This document shows, piece by piece, positions 55,801-64,000 of a stretch of DNA of 64,000 nt. The first letter of the stretch is position 1. The number at the start of each line of letters is the position of its first letter. The notes under the pieces were generated by a model that saw only the letters and a list, made by a program, of their open reading frames with translations, was not told where the DNA came from and did not search any database. The DNA comes from Cyanobacteria bacterium auto_48_18 (GTDB lineage: Bacteria; Cyanobacteriota; Vampirovibrionia; Obscuribacterales; Obscuribacteraceae): positions 96,001 to 160,000 of the forward strand of contig JAVHQC010000033.1 of assembly GCA_036170915.1 (NCBI GenBank), written 5' to 3'. Position numbers and translations under genes: made by a program.

Positions 55801-56759
55801 GCCTGGCGCTTTATCCTGGTAATCCGCATGGTTACACCAACCTGGCGGGTGCTTATCAGGCCATTGACGATTTCAATAAAGCTAAAAGCAATTATCAGAA
55901 AGCCATTGATTTAGATGCAAAAGGCGAGTCAGATAACTGGTACTTCATCGGCTTAATTGATGAGAATAACAGCCAGGTGCCGACGGCACTTTCTGATTAT
56001 GGTAAATATCTTGCCGCTAAGGCCACCGGCACTTATGCAGCCGACGCCAAGGCTCGAGTAGCCAGGCTAAAGGCTAATCCGGCTTCAGCTCAGAAGCTAT
56101 CTACTCAAGCGCAGGTCAAAGCCTCTAGTGCCGCATCTGGTGCCTTCAATGACGCAGTTGCTTTGCAACAAGCGAAAAAATATGATGAGGCTATCGCCAA
56201 GTATAAGGAAGCCATTCAAGCAACACCAAACGAAGCTTCATACTATTACAGCCTGGGTACTTGCTATCAAGCCAAGGAAGATTGGGATAGTGCACTGGGA
56301 GCATATCAAAGAGCCAGCCAAATTAACCCTAATGAAAGTGCTTACAAACAGCTAGTTACACAGATGAAACAAGCGAAGGCATCGCCACTGGTGAATTCAG
56401 CCATCGAGAAACAGACCAAGGCTGATGCCTCTGGTAAATTTGACCTTGCCGGCGCCGTTGCTGACTACGAAGCTGCTTTGAAGGTCAACGATGATGGCGC
56501 TACTCACAGTTATCTGGGTACTGCCTATCAGGGTCTGGGAAATAATCAGAAGGCACTGAGCGAATACACTAGAGCTCTAGCTCTAGATAAGAGTCTTGTA
56601 GACACCTATTATTATTTAGGCACCGTATATGAAGCTCTCAAGCAACCAGCTAAAGCAATTGAAGAATATCAACGCTTTGTGCGCTCTGCACCAGCCAATA
56701 ATCAAAACATGGCTGCGGTAAAAGATCGCTTGAAGCTGCTTGCGCCTGGTCGCAAATAA
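52890..56759 (+). CDS. Large exported TPR protein (1289 aa)
   Basis: Signal segment ending ALA|Y; numerous NLG/LG.AYQ TPR units. Confidence 0.93.
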   Translation: MTTQRNSQKLFSKLFENGFTGQSLPRPVARKASRQFVALALSFGLAAASGLASVAPALAYVDQAQLIQLNNDAVKAINQQQYPLAIQKLEQALKLDPTYKNARANLAIALNNYGLVFQGNPMEAIKYFHKAVLLDPANPTTLSNLTGIIQKMGKNPRSFADRVAIGDASRKSADFVGAIVEYAEALKIKDDGAVHEKLADVYRVRDENDKAIEQYQAASRSGDSAAIEVKLGQAYQAKKDITNAIAAYTKAISMKSDDPDVQEALVSGWEEALKDSPTEPNNHIGLGQAFQYKGDFGQAESEYKLAISLSPGRKNAIAEKLLQGLAAVKDNFQITKYINMGVDLQSRKQYGPALDSYKRALASAKDPKQKSDILMNMGTAYQAMSDYPSAIGAYQQAIQLDPGNTAAQQGIKTATDQQKDKAVGDLSSAADGLFKAGNYDGAIAKYQELLKADPKDPAVHFNIGAAYQLKKDFDNAIVEYNMAINLDPKNKSYQDSLTKVKDLKVQPIINNAVAKHQAKDYAQAISLYQQALNIVPSNASLWYNLASAQYASQDYGGARSSYVKSLEVDPKAQPDSVYFLATIDENSGKGDQARSEYQQYLSSAKGGPYATQAQSRIAALSKDPSATIKIKSESDLAKDKEATDSYAKAVDLQRAGQYDQAIAMYQKAIAIQPSNADFKYAVGTAYQQKGDLDQALANYNLASNMMPANADYKKAIKDATVLKAGPLVKQAFDKQTAGDLPGAIDLYSQALKLDTDNGSVYMNLGVAYQASDNFKAAYDAYQNAYKYDPTGCVDCLYFMGQIEENNGQVGPALAHYSQYNQKAPSGAYAAAAKGRMAALQTNPANAQKLSTSTDVKNAQGAADAYNKAVKLQEATKYDEAIPLYEQAISMQPKEPAYVYALATAYQAKGDFDNAITKYKEAIAKAPANQVESFKQAMASAQLAQATPIMDQAVAKHSGGDPAGAIPLYEKGLALYPGNPHGYTNLAGAYQAIDDFNKAKSNYQKAIDLDAKGESDNWYFIGLIDENNSQVPTALSDYGKYLAAKATGTYAADAKARVARLKANPASAQKLSTQAQVKASSAASGAFNDAVALQQAKKYDEAIAKYKEAIQATPNEASYYYSLGTCYQAKEDWDSALGAYQRASQINPNESAYKQLVTQMKQAKASPLVNSAIEKQTKADASGKFDLAGAVADYEAALKVNDDGATHSYLGTAYQGLGNNQKALSEYTRALALDKSLVDTYYYLGTVYEALKQPAKAIEEYQRFVRSAPANNQNMAAVKDRLKLLAPGRK

Positions 56760-56791
56760 TTTAACCAAGTAACAATAAGAAAGAGAATTTT

Positions 56792-57433
56792 GTGCCAGTA
56801 AATTCAGCTATAAAGCGGATGTTGAAGACTTACAATCAATGTCGAACCTATAGCGATCAAGGCTCTTTCTATAATTCGTCGGGGCCGCTTGGTCTGGAAT
56901 ATACAACTGACTTCGAGCGGTCTAAACAATTCAAATTGGCCTGGCGTCAGATAAAAGACGAGCCTGGTTCTGAACTGATGAGCGGTGAGCTGATAGCAAA
57001 TTCTAAAGGCACTACGGTGACAATGCGCTTAGAAAAAGCCGACTGGCCGGAGCCGCGAGTGAAGAACCGCGACTATGTGATGGTATTTGATGCACTGGCC
57101 GACATCGAGGGCGTGATTCAAAGTCTTGTGATCGTGCCGCAGTATCTTTTTTACCCACCTGACGAAATTGTTGCCACTGGTCAGTTTGATGCATTTCAAG
57201 AAAGTGAAGACGTAATCTTTAACGACGAAGCTTGTGTTAAGTTCACCACCATGAATAGTGGCATCAGGCGCGAGATTGTCCTTTCTCAAGTTGATGGCAC
57301 TCTGCGCAGACACTTTATGGGCACGGGTCTTCAGGAAGGCGGCGAGGAGCTTCTTTCGGCCCTGGGAGCACCAATGTCAAACTGTCTTGATATTCGCTCA
57401 GTGAAGTTAGAGGCCGGCATTTACAGCGAGTAG
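56792..57433 (+). CDS. Hypothetical protein
   Basis: 213-codon ORF co-oriented after the TPR gene; no family confidently recognised. Confidence 0.65.
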   Translation: MPVNSAIKRMLKTYNQCRTYSDQGSFYNSSGPLGLEYTTDFERSKQFKLAWRQIKDEPGSELMSGELIANSKGTTVTMRLEKADWPEPRVKNRDYVMVFDALADIEGVIQSLVIVPQYLFYPPDEIVATGQFDAFQESEDVIFNDEACVKFTTMNSGIRREIVLSQVDGTLRRHFMGTGLQEGGEELLSALGAPMSNCLDIRSVKLEAGIYSE

Positions 57434-57450
57434 TTTCGCTTCTAGCCCTC

Positions 57451-58164
57451 TTATTCTGTTGGTCCAAAAAGAAGTTGATAATCAGCGTCGCTCTTGCGGG
57501 TGGCATCCCCCGTAACTACCTCGCGTGTCGACTTGGCTAATCGATAGCCGGCAGGAACATTGAAAAGCTTACCGTCAGTAGGCACACTTTTAATATTTTC
57601 TGTGGTCAAGCTAACTTCCATTAGTCCTTTCACGCTCTTGCCGCTCAGGTAATCTTTCCCTGAAAGAGTGCGGGCAAAGCCGGTGGTGATGCCACCATTT
57701 GTTGGCAAGGCATAAAAAGCAAAGAGTATTCGCTCTATTTGCGGTGGTAAGCCATTCAGCGGCATGTACTTTAGTGTTTTATCTGAAGCGGTCATGCGCA
57801 CAAGCTTTTGACCCGAAAAATTAAAAGTCGATGTAAGGCTTTTCTTAGTGAAGTTGCGATTGGTTTTATCGAGTATAACCCCAGTAGCTATGCCGGTATT
57901 TTCGAAGCTTTCGAGACTTTGGGTAATGTACGTCTTGTCGTCATTGCGAAAAATACTGACTTGCCATTTTGGCGCCTTCGACACCAGCACAAATTTCAGC
58001 CGACCGCGATTTTCAATGCGAATTCCTTCGGGGGCGGCAGTAATTTCGTTGGCACCATAAAAAACATGTGTTTGATTCAGTCTGATACTTTTGCTGGCAG
58101 CCATTGATGGAAGAGCCGTGCTCAAAATGAGAAGGAGGCTGCAAATGTGTCTCAAGATAATCAT
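57451..58164 (-). CDS. Exported hypothetical protein, tandem paralog 4
   Basis: Signal peptide; GIRIENRGRL, APKW, KYMPLNGLPPQIER, PTNGGI, REVV. Confidence 0.85.
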   Translation of the reverse strand: MIILRHICSLLLILSTALPSMAASKSIRLNQTHVFYGANEITAAPEGIRIENRGRLKFVLVSKAPKWQVSIFRNDDKTYITQSLESFENTGIATGVILDKTNRNFTKKSLTSTFNFSGQKLVRMTASDKTLKYMPLNGLPPQIERILFAFYALPTNGGITTGFARTLSGKDYLSGKSVKGLMEVSLTTENIKSVPTDGKLFNVPAGYRLAKSTREVVTGDATRKSDADYQLLFGPTE

Positions 58165-58913
58165 TTAAAGAAAAGTGCGTCAGATTCTTCAACTTCACGC
58201 TTGGCGGCACTGCCCGCCACGACGTCACGAATAGATTGGGCCTTTCTCAAACCGCGTGGCATGGTAAAGGTTGACGGTGACACGGATACTTTAGTGATTT
58301 TAGTGGTGTCGAGAGTAGTCTCATGTCTGCCACCACCTTTCATGCCTGTGACAAAGTCAGCAGAAATTTTCACACTATCGAAAAATATGGGTATGCCACC
58401 ATTGGTAGGTTGTTTATATGCGGCATACAGAATCCACTCGACCTGCTCGGCAATGTCACCACGCTCCATATATTTGATTGTGCACCACGAAGAAGTTAAG
58501 CGCTCAATACCGAAATTATCAATTTTCATTTTTGAATGTCGATATATTTTGCCACGCATAAAACGATCTTTGCGACCAATTAGAAGGTCTGACATTAAGC
58601 CAGTGTCTCGAAAGAGATCGATGCCTTGAGTAAAATATGTTTTGTCGTCTGGACGATAAACAGTGACTTTCCAATCTGGTGCTTTGGCTACCAAAATATA
58701 ACGTAGCCTAGAAATGTTTTCGATTCTTATGGCGTTTTTGGCAATGGTGACTTCTGATTTACCCATAAAAAAGTGAGTCTGGCTTAGTTTGATTGCTGGA
58801 ATAGTAGGAGTCGAAACTGCTTTCGCAAAGGTCGGTGCAGCCTGCAACAGACACGCTAAAAGCATCGCGTTTAAGACTTGTCTTCGATTTTTTGAGATAC
58901 CAGGGCTAATCAA
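58161..58913 (-). CDS. Exported hypothetical protein, tandem paralog 3
   Basis: AIRIENISRL, APDW, AAYKQPTNGGI, RDVVAG. Confidence 0.85.
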   Translation of the reverse strand: MISPGISKNRRQVLNAMLLACLLQAAPTFAKAVSTPTIPAIKLSQTHFFMGKSEVTIAKNAIRIENISRLRYILVAKAPDWKVTVYRPDDKTYFTQGIDLFRDTGLMSDLLIGRKDRFMRGKIYRHSKMKIDNFGIERLTSSWCTIKYMERGDIAEQVEWILYAAYKQPTNGGIPIFFDSVKISADFVTGMKGGGRHETTLDTTKITKVSVSPSTFTMPRGLRKAQSIRDVVAGSAAKREVEESDALFFK

Positions 58914-59650
58914 AATAGAACTCCAAAGTCAGCATTTTTATCTCGTGTCGATTCTCCGGCAACCACTTCTCGAACTGATTTGGCAAGCTTGTAGCCGGAA
59001 GGTGGATCGAAGGAGTTGGCACCAATCGAAATATCCTCAATTTTATCTGTTTCTAATACTGTTTCAATGCTACCTCGAACGCTCATGCCGCTGATGAAAT
59101 CTTCGCTTTTGCAAACACGGCTGAAGCCGGTGCTGATTCCTCCGTTGGTGGGGGTTTTATAAGCTGCATAGACTAGTCGTTCAATCTGTGGCGGCAAACC
59201 ATTGAGGGGCATATATTTAACAGTTTTGAACTTTCCCGTTAATCGCACAAGCTTTTTACCGCAAAACTCTAACTCAGACTTTCTGTTGTTTCCTAAATAG
59301 TACTTGTCTTGCCTTTTAACCAGCATCTGTGATGCCAAACCGCTCTCTTCAAATTGAGCCAGGCTTTCGCTTATATATACTTTGTCATCGTCGCGAAAAA
59401 TGGTCACTTTCCACTCGGGTGCTTTAGCAACTACAGTAAAGTGTAGGCGCCCTTTGTTTTCCATGCGAAAGCCCTTCGGGGCAAGGATCAGCTGGCATTT
59501 TCCGAAAAACACATGAGTTTGGCTCAACCTTATGGCTTTATTGTTTGCACCGTTTGCCGCAGTATAACTCAGCATTAGACCAGCTGCCAGGAGTGATGGC
59601 ATCAAGCGCAAGTATTTTTCTGTTTGCGCCACAAGCATGGGTGAACTCAA
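58910..59650 (-). CDS. Exported hypothetical protein, tandem paralog 2
   Basis: GFRMENKGRL, APEW, KYMPLNGLPPQIER, REVVAG. Confidence 0.85.
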   Translation of the reverse strand: MSSPMLVAQTEKYLRLMPSLLAAGLMLSYTAANGANNKAIRLSQTHVFFGKCQLILAPKGFRMENKGRLHFTVVAKAPEWKVTIFRDDDKVYISESLAQFEESGLASQMLVKRQDKYYLGNNRKSELEFCGKKLVRLTGKFKTVKYMPLNGLPPQIERLVYAAYKTPTNGGISTGFSRVCKSEDFISGMSVRGSIETVLETDKIEDISIGANSFDPPSGYKLAKSVREVVAGESTRDKNADFGVLF

Positions 59651-59667
59651 TTCTCCTTCGCCGGAAT

Positions 59668-60414
59668 TTACTTGACGGGGTGAAATAATGCTTCGAAGTC
59701 TACGTCTTTAGCGCGCGTGGAAGATCCCGCCACCACTTCTCGTACTGATATTCCCTTTTTGTAGCCTGGCGGTACGCTGAACATTTTTTCGTTGGTGACT
59801 ACGTCTTCTATCTTTGTCGTATCAAGTGTGATTTCAATTCTGCCCTGGTTGCGCATGCCGGTGACGTAATCTCGCTGCAACAACGTTCGAATAAAACCGG
59901 TGGGTATGCCGCCTTGAGTAGGACATTTATAAGCACTATAAAGTAGTCGCTCTATCTGTGGTGGCAGGCCATTGAGTGGCAAGTATTTCAGGGTTTGATC
60001 TTTGGCGGTTATACGCACCAATTTCTTACCTGAGAAATTAAAAGTAGATTTGCGATTTTTCTCCCGGATAAACCGCTCTTTAGCCACTAAAACAAAACCC
60101 GAAACTAACCCGGCTTCTTCAAACTTTGCAAGGCTTTCGGTGACAAAAACCTTGTCGTCGTCTCGAAATATCGACACTTCCCAGCTGGGTGGTTTGGCCA
60201 CCACCACGAACTTCAGGCGCCCAGTATTTTCCATGCGAAAACCTTCAGGTGATACCGTCAGCTGGTTGGTGCCAAAAAACTCATGCGTTTGATAAAGCCT
60301 GATGCCTTTGCTGGTTGCACCGGCATCAGGGCACCACAGAAGGCAAACAGCAGTAAGCAGTAACAGTATTGCTCTGGCAGAGAATCTATTTCTATTGTGT
60401 GGGGGCGCCTGCAT
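59668..60414 (-). CDS. Exported hypothetical protein, tandem paralog 1
   Basis: GFRMENTGRL, KYLPLNGLPPQIER, REVVAG; start overlaps the lgt stop. Confidence 0.85.
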   Translation of the reverse strand: MQAPPHNRNRFSARAILLLLTAVCLLWCPDAGATSKGIRLYQTHEFFGTNQLTVSPEGFRMENTGRLKFVVVAKPPSWEVSIFRDDDKVFVTESLAKFEEAGLVSGFVLVAKERFIREKNRKSTFNFSGKKLVRITAKDQTLKYLPLNGLPPQIERLLYSAYKCPTQGGIPTGFIRTLLQRDYVTGMRNQGRIEITLDTTKIEDVVTNEKMFSVPPGYKKGISVREVVAGSSTRAKDVDFEALFHPVK

Positions 60415-61195
60415 TCTTCTGATATATCCTCAGCAGTGCACATAAGGCTAATGCCATTGTACCTGCGCTGACCAGAAGCGGCACGGGAATATTCATATAA
60501 CTGGCAATGCTATCGACTCGCATGGGCTCAATAATCATTCGTCCCAAGGAATATCCAGCCAGGTAAAGACAACTTACTGCTCCGGGATATTTGATTAACT
60601 TTTTGGACGCGTAAAAGTAGAGAAGCAAAAACAGTCCGAGATTCCAAACACTTTCATAGAGGAAAGTGGGATGAAAATAGTTGTAAGTGCGAAAAGCCAT
60701 TGGTCGACAATCAACAGGAATAAACAATTTGAGTAAAAAATTGTCTGCCACCGGCTGACCGAAGGCTTCCGAATTGAAAAAATTTCCCCAGCGGCCTACA
60801 GCTTGTGCGAGCGGAATCGAGGCAAATAAAATGTCGCAATAGGTGAGTATGGGAAGTTTTTCGCGATGCAAGTAGTAGATACCGGCAATGGTGCCTCCGA
60901 CCAAGCCTCCATGTATGGAGAGACCACCTTTCCAGGTGGCGAGAATGTCGGCCGGATGAATGAGAAAATAACTTAAATTGAGTGCGGCATAGTAAAGGCG
61001 CGCTCCCAGGACACCAGCGACAAAACAAATCAGCGCAAGGTTGATGATTTTGTCGCTATCCAGACCTCGCGCTTTGGTCATTTTCACGGCCATGGCCACT
61101 GCCATCATGAACCCGATTGCAATCATCACTCCATACCAGCGCACGGTTAGCGGGCCGAGCTGGCAAAGTATGGGGCCGGGTGATTGAAATACCAT
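60392..61195 (-). CDS. lgt: Prolipoprotein diacylglyceryl transferase
   Basis: VRWYG, GARLYY, GGLSIHGG, GRWGNFFNSEAFG, HPTFLYES. Confidence 0.97.
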   Translation of the reverse strand: MVFQSPGPILCQLGPLTVRWYGVMIAIGFMMAVAMAVKMTKARGLDSDKIINLALICFVAGVLGARLYYAALNLSYFLIHPADILATWKGGLSIHGGLVGGTIAGIYYLHREKLPILTYCDILFASIPLAQAVGRWGNFFNSEAFGQPVADNFLLKLFIPVDCRPMAFRTYNYFHPTFLYESVWNLGLFLLLYFYASKKLIKYPGAVSCLYLAGYSLGRMIIEPMRVDSIASYMNIPVPLLVSAGTMALALCALLRIYQKNAGAPTQ

Positions 61196-61219
61196 TAAAT
61201 TGAAATTGAGATAATTGCG

Positions 61220-61501
61220 CTAGTAGGGCTGCTGGTCGTTTGGAAAATGACCACCATAAACGTCTCTAGGAGCTTTGCCCTGGCTGCGGTCTTTATTGGC
61301 AGGCAGTTTACTGTCATGTTGTTCATCTCTAGGGTCGTCGCCATGGGGATCCGCACCACGTGGGTCAGTTCCGCCATATTTTTGCAGTGAAACCGCCTGA
61401 TCTTCCAGCTTTTGAACTTTAAGCTTTCCGATTCCGTCTACTGTTGAAATAGCCACTAGGGCGCCTACAGAGATAGTAGTAATGACAGCAACACTTGACA
61501 T
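61220..61501 (-). CDS. Small hypothetical protein with hydrophobic N-terminus and GxDP repeats
   Basis: GGAGGG RBS; GTDPRGADPHGDDPR. Confidence 0.6.
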   Translation of the reverse strand: MSSVAVITTISVGALVAISTVDGIGKLKVQKLEDQAVSLQKYGGTDPRGADPHGDDPRDEQHDSKLPANKDRSQGKAPRDVYGGHFPNDQQPY

Positions 61502-61656
61502 TTTAAACCCTCCACAAGACTCAAGATTGAGCGATTTCAGGATGCCTGTCTGTATTTCTGAGCAAAATCAGGTGGGGTCACAGAACAGATGACAGTATAG
61601 AGTAGTAGGGCGCCATTAACGATAAAATGTTGACTTAAGATGAGGAAATAGCTTTT

Positions 61657-63153
61657 ATGGCCAAGGCGAAAACGCGCTGGGTTTGCCAGCAATGCGGCTT
61701 TCAGACTTCGCGCTCAATGGGCCGTTGTACTGAGTGTGGCAACTGGAATTCTTTTGTAGAAGAGCTGGCACCTGAAGATGACGCTGCTAAGAAAGGCTTT
61801 GCCGCCAGGCTTTCAAATGTGGCAACCGGCCCATCAACTGCCAATAAAGCGTTACCTTTATCAGAAATAAACACTGATGAATCTGGCCGCTTGGTCACCG
61901 GAATGGCAGGCCTAGACGAGGTTTTGGGCGGTGGCCTAATGCCTGGGTCAGTCATTTTAATTGCAGGCGATCCGGGTGTTGGCAAGTCGACGCTGCTCAT
62001 GCAAGTAGCAAAGAATCTTTCTCAACACAGCCAAATCTTGTACATTACAGGTGAAGAATCGGCCGCTCAAGTCAGGCTTAGAGCCGGTCGGCTTGGAGTT
62101 GACTCAGATAATGTGTTGGTTGCCTCAGAGCAAAATGTAGTCAACGCAGCCGAGATGATGCTGTCGAGTGATGCTGCCGTATGCGTGGTTGATAGTATTC
62201 AATCGGTCTATCACCCTGAAATTGCCAGCGCCGCAGGCTCAGTTAGCCAGGTGAGAGAAGGCACACAACTTTTGATTCACGCTGCTAAGCGCAAAAATAT
62301 TGCCACCATTCTTGTCGGTCACGTGACTAAAGAAGGCACCATCGCCGGGCCTCGCGTGCTTGAACACATGGTTGATGTGGTTCTGCAGTTCGAAGGCGAT
62401 CGCACCAGGCAACTGAGAATATTGCGTGCAGTTAAAAATCGCTTTGGCTCAACTGCTGAGTTGGCAATTTTTTCAATGTCTGAAGACGGTCTCAAAGAAG
62501 TTGATAATCCGAGCGCTTTATTCCTGGGCGATAGATTATCTAAAGTCGGCCAAAAGCAGGCACCATCAGGAACGGCGGTGATTGCCGGCGGAGAAGGTAG
62601 CCGCAGTTTGTTGCTCGAAGTACAGGCCTTGACCGTTTCTACCCCTAACCCGTCGCCCAGGCGCGTGGTCAACGGTTGGGATTATAATCGTCTATTGCAA
62701 CTCGTGGCGGTCTTAGACAAAAGGTCGGGCCTGCACTTGGCTCGACTTGATGTTTACGTCAACATTGTGGGCGGCCTCGACTTCAACGATCCTGCAGGCG
62801 ACCTGGGAATTGCTCTGGCAATAGCCACTTCTTTTCTCGACCGATCGATTGATCCTGGCCTGGTAGCCGTGGGTGAAGTAGGATTAACTGGAGAGATTCG
62901 CCCTGTTCTCAATCTCGGGCAACGATTGAAAGAGGCTTCTCGCCTTGGTTTTAAAAAGGCACTTGTGCCTAAAGCTTCATTGCCGCTGAATTCTGCACCG
63001 AAGGGTATGGAAATAATTGGAGTCGAAACCATATCTGAAGCATTGCAAAAAGCTATGCCCAACTTGAATTTTGTCAAAAAACCCGACAGCACTGAACGAG
63101 CACCTGGAAGCCGAGCCGAAAATTTAGAAGATGAAAGCGTATTCTCCATCTGA
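61657..63153 (+). CDS. radA: DNA repair protein RadA/Sms
   Basis: CQQC..CTEC Zn finger, GDPGVGKST, VDSIQ, KNRFG, GEVGLTGEIR. Confidence 0.97.
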   Translation: MAKAKTRWVCQQCGFQTSRSMGRCTECGNWNSFVEELAPEDDAAKKGFAARLSNVATGPSTANKALPLSEINTDESGRLVTGMAGLDEVLGGGLMPGSVILIAGDPGVGKSTLLMQVAKNLSQHSQILYITGEESAAQVRLRAGRLGVDSDNVLVASEQNVVNAAEMMLSSDAAVCVVDSIQSVYHPEIASAAGSVSQVREGTQLLIHAAKRKNIATILVGHVTKEGTIAGPRVLEHMVDVVLQFEGDRTRQLRILRAVKNRFGSTAELAIFSMSEDGLKEVDNPSALFLGDRLSKVGQKQAPSGTAVIAGGEGSRSLLLEVQALTVSTPNPSPRRVVNGWDYNRLLQLVAVLDKRSGLHLARLDVYVNIVGGLDFNDPAGDLGIALAIATSFLDRSIDPGLVAVGEVGLTGEIRPVLNLGQRLKEASRLGFKKALVPKASLPLNSAPKGMEIIGVETISEALQKAMPNLNFVKKPDSTERAPGSRAENLEDESVFSI

Positions 63154-64000
63154 GCAGCTAGTTAAACAACTAGCGGGGTTGCCTGACAGCCCCGGTTGCT
63201 ACATTTTTAAAGACAATCTCGGCGATATTCTCTACATCGGTAAAGCCTTGAGCCTGCGTTCGCGCGTGCGCTCTTACTGGACCGATATCTCGTGGCGCGA
63301 TCGTCCTAAGCTCGCAGTAATGATGCCAAAGGTTTCATTGATTGAAACCATTTTGACTAATTCTGAAAAAGAAGCGTTGCTCTTAGAAGCCAATTTAATT
63401 CGGCAGAAACTTCCTCGCTACAATGTTTCGCTTAAAGACGATAGACGATATCCGTGGCTTGCCATCACATATGATGTCGCTTATCCACGTCTTGTAATGT
63501 GTCGCGATCCGGTTCGTTTTAAAAAAGATAATCCGCGCGCCAAAGTTTTTGGACCTTACGTAGAAGCCGGTCAGATGTGGGAAACCATGCGCATTTTGCG
63601 TCGCGTTTTTCCTATGCGGCAGCGCAAAACACCGTTATTTAAAGATCGTCCCTGCATGAATTTTCACATCGGCTTGTGCCTGGCACCATGTCAAAAAATG
63701 GTTGAGGTCGCCTCCTATGATCATATGGTCAAACAGGTAGAAATGTTTCTGGCTGGTCGCCAAACTGAAGTAATGGATCAACTCAAAGCTGAGATGGACA
63801 CAGCCAGCGAGAATCTTGAATTTGAACAAGCGGGAAAAATCAGAGATCGACTGGTGGCATTGCGTACAGTCATAGAAAAACAGCAGGTATTTTTCCAGAG
63901 CAATAAAATTAGCCATGACATTGTTGCTGAAGCGCACACTGAAAAAATGATGTCTGTGTGCTTGATGAAAGTACGAGAAGGGAAACTGATTGCCTCTGAA
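63131..64000 (+). CDS. uvrC: Excinuclease ABC subunit C, N-terminal part (runs off the window; not in the ORF track)
   Basis: Translated by hand: LPDSPGCYIFKD..ILYIGKALSLRSRVRSY, EALLLEANLI..PRYN..LKDD..YP, FGPY, RPCMNFHIGLCLAPC, LEFEQAGKIRD. Confidence 0.96.
   Translation, partial: MKAYSPSEQLVKQLAGLPDSPGCYIFKDNLGDILYIGKALSLRSRVRSYWTDISWRDRPKLAVMMPKVSLIETILTNSEKEALLLEANLIRQKLPRYNVSLKDDRRYPWLAITYDVAYPRLVMCRDPVRFKKDNPRAKVFGPYVEAGQMWETMRILRRVFPMRQRKTPLFKDRPCMNFHIGLCLAPCQKMVEVASYDHMVKQVEMFLAGRQTEVMDQLKAEMDTASENLEFEQAGKIRDRLVALRTVIEKQQVFFQSNKISHDIVAEAHTEKMMSVCLMKVREGKLIASE

Noticed and set aside
58147..58629. 160-aa plus-strand ORF
   Set aside because: Antisense to a member of the well-supported paralog array.
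63635..63937. 100-aa minus-strand ORF
   Set aside because: Antisense to uvrC, which the ORF track missed because it runs off the window.

Overview
Gene-dense bacterial chromosomal segment with no rRNA, tRNA, CRISPR array, prophage or transposase that I can recognise. The gene content and style (long HPF, cyanobacterial-like core genes, many TPR and lineage-expanded exported proteins, no photosynthesis genes) suggest a non-photosynthetic relative of Cyanobacteria (Melainabacteria/Obscuribacter-like). That assignment is inference. Core genes: murE, rpmA, rplU, hemL, prs, mfd, mnmA, hpf, lgt, radA and a partial uvrC. The most interesting accessory content: (1) a compact operon of an Asp/Glu-family racemase plus three different ATP-grasp ligases, followed by an acyltransferase, a candidate D-amino-acid peptide or envelope-modification pathway; (2) an SPFH, 2x DUF4178, 46-aa membrane peptide (absent from the ORF track), DUF350, membrane aminopropyltransferase, FAD oxidoreductase, His-rich membrane protein operon; (3) two tandem pairs of proteins with a Cys-rich module placed before a signal peptide, one pair preceded by a tandem palindromic operator; (4) a perfect 31-bp palindrome in front of a nonsense-interrupted partial copy of the neighbouring giant TPR gene; (5) a secreted SESGG-repeat protein and a four-gene paralog array with a fifth member 54 kb away. 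All family names come from motif recognition by eye; no database searches were run.
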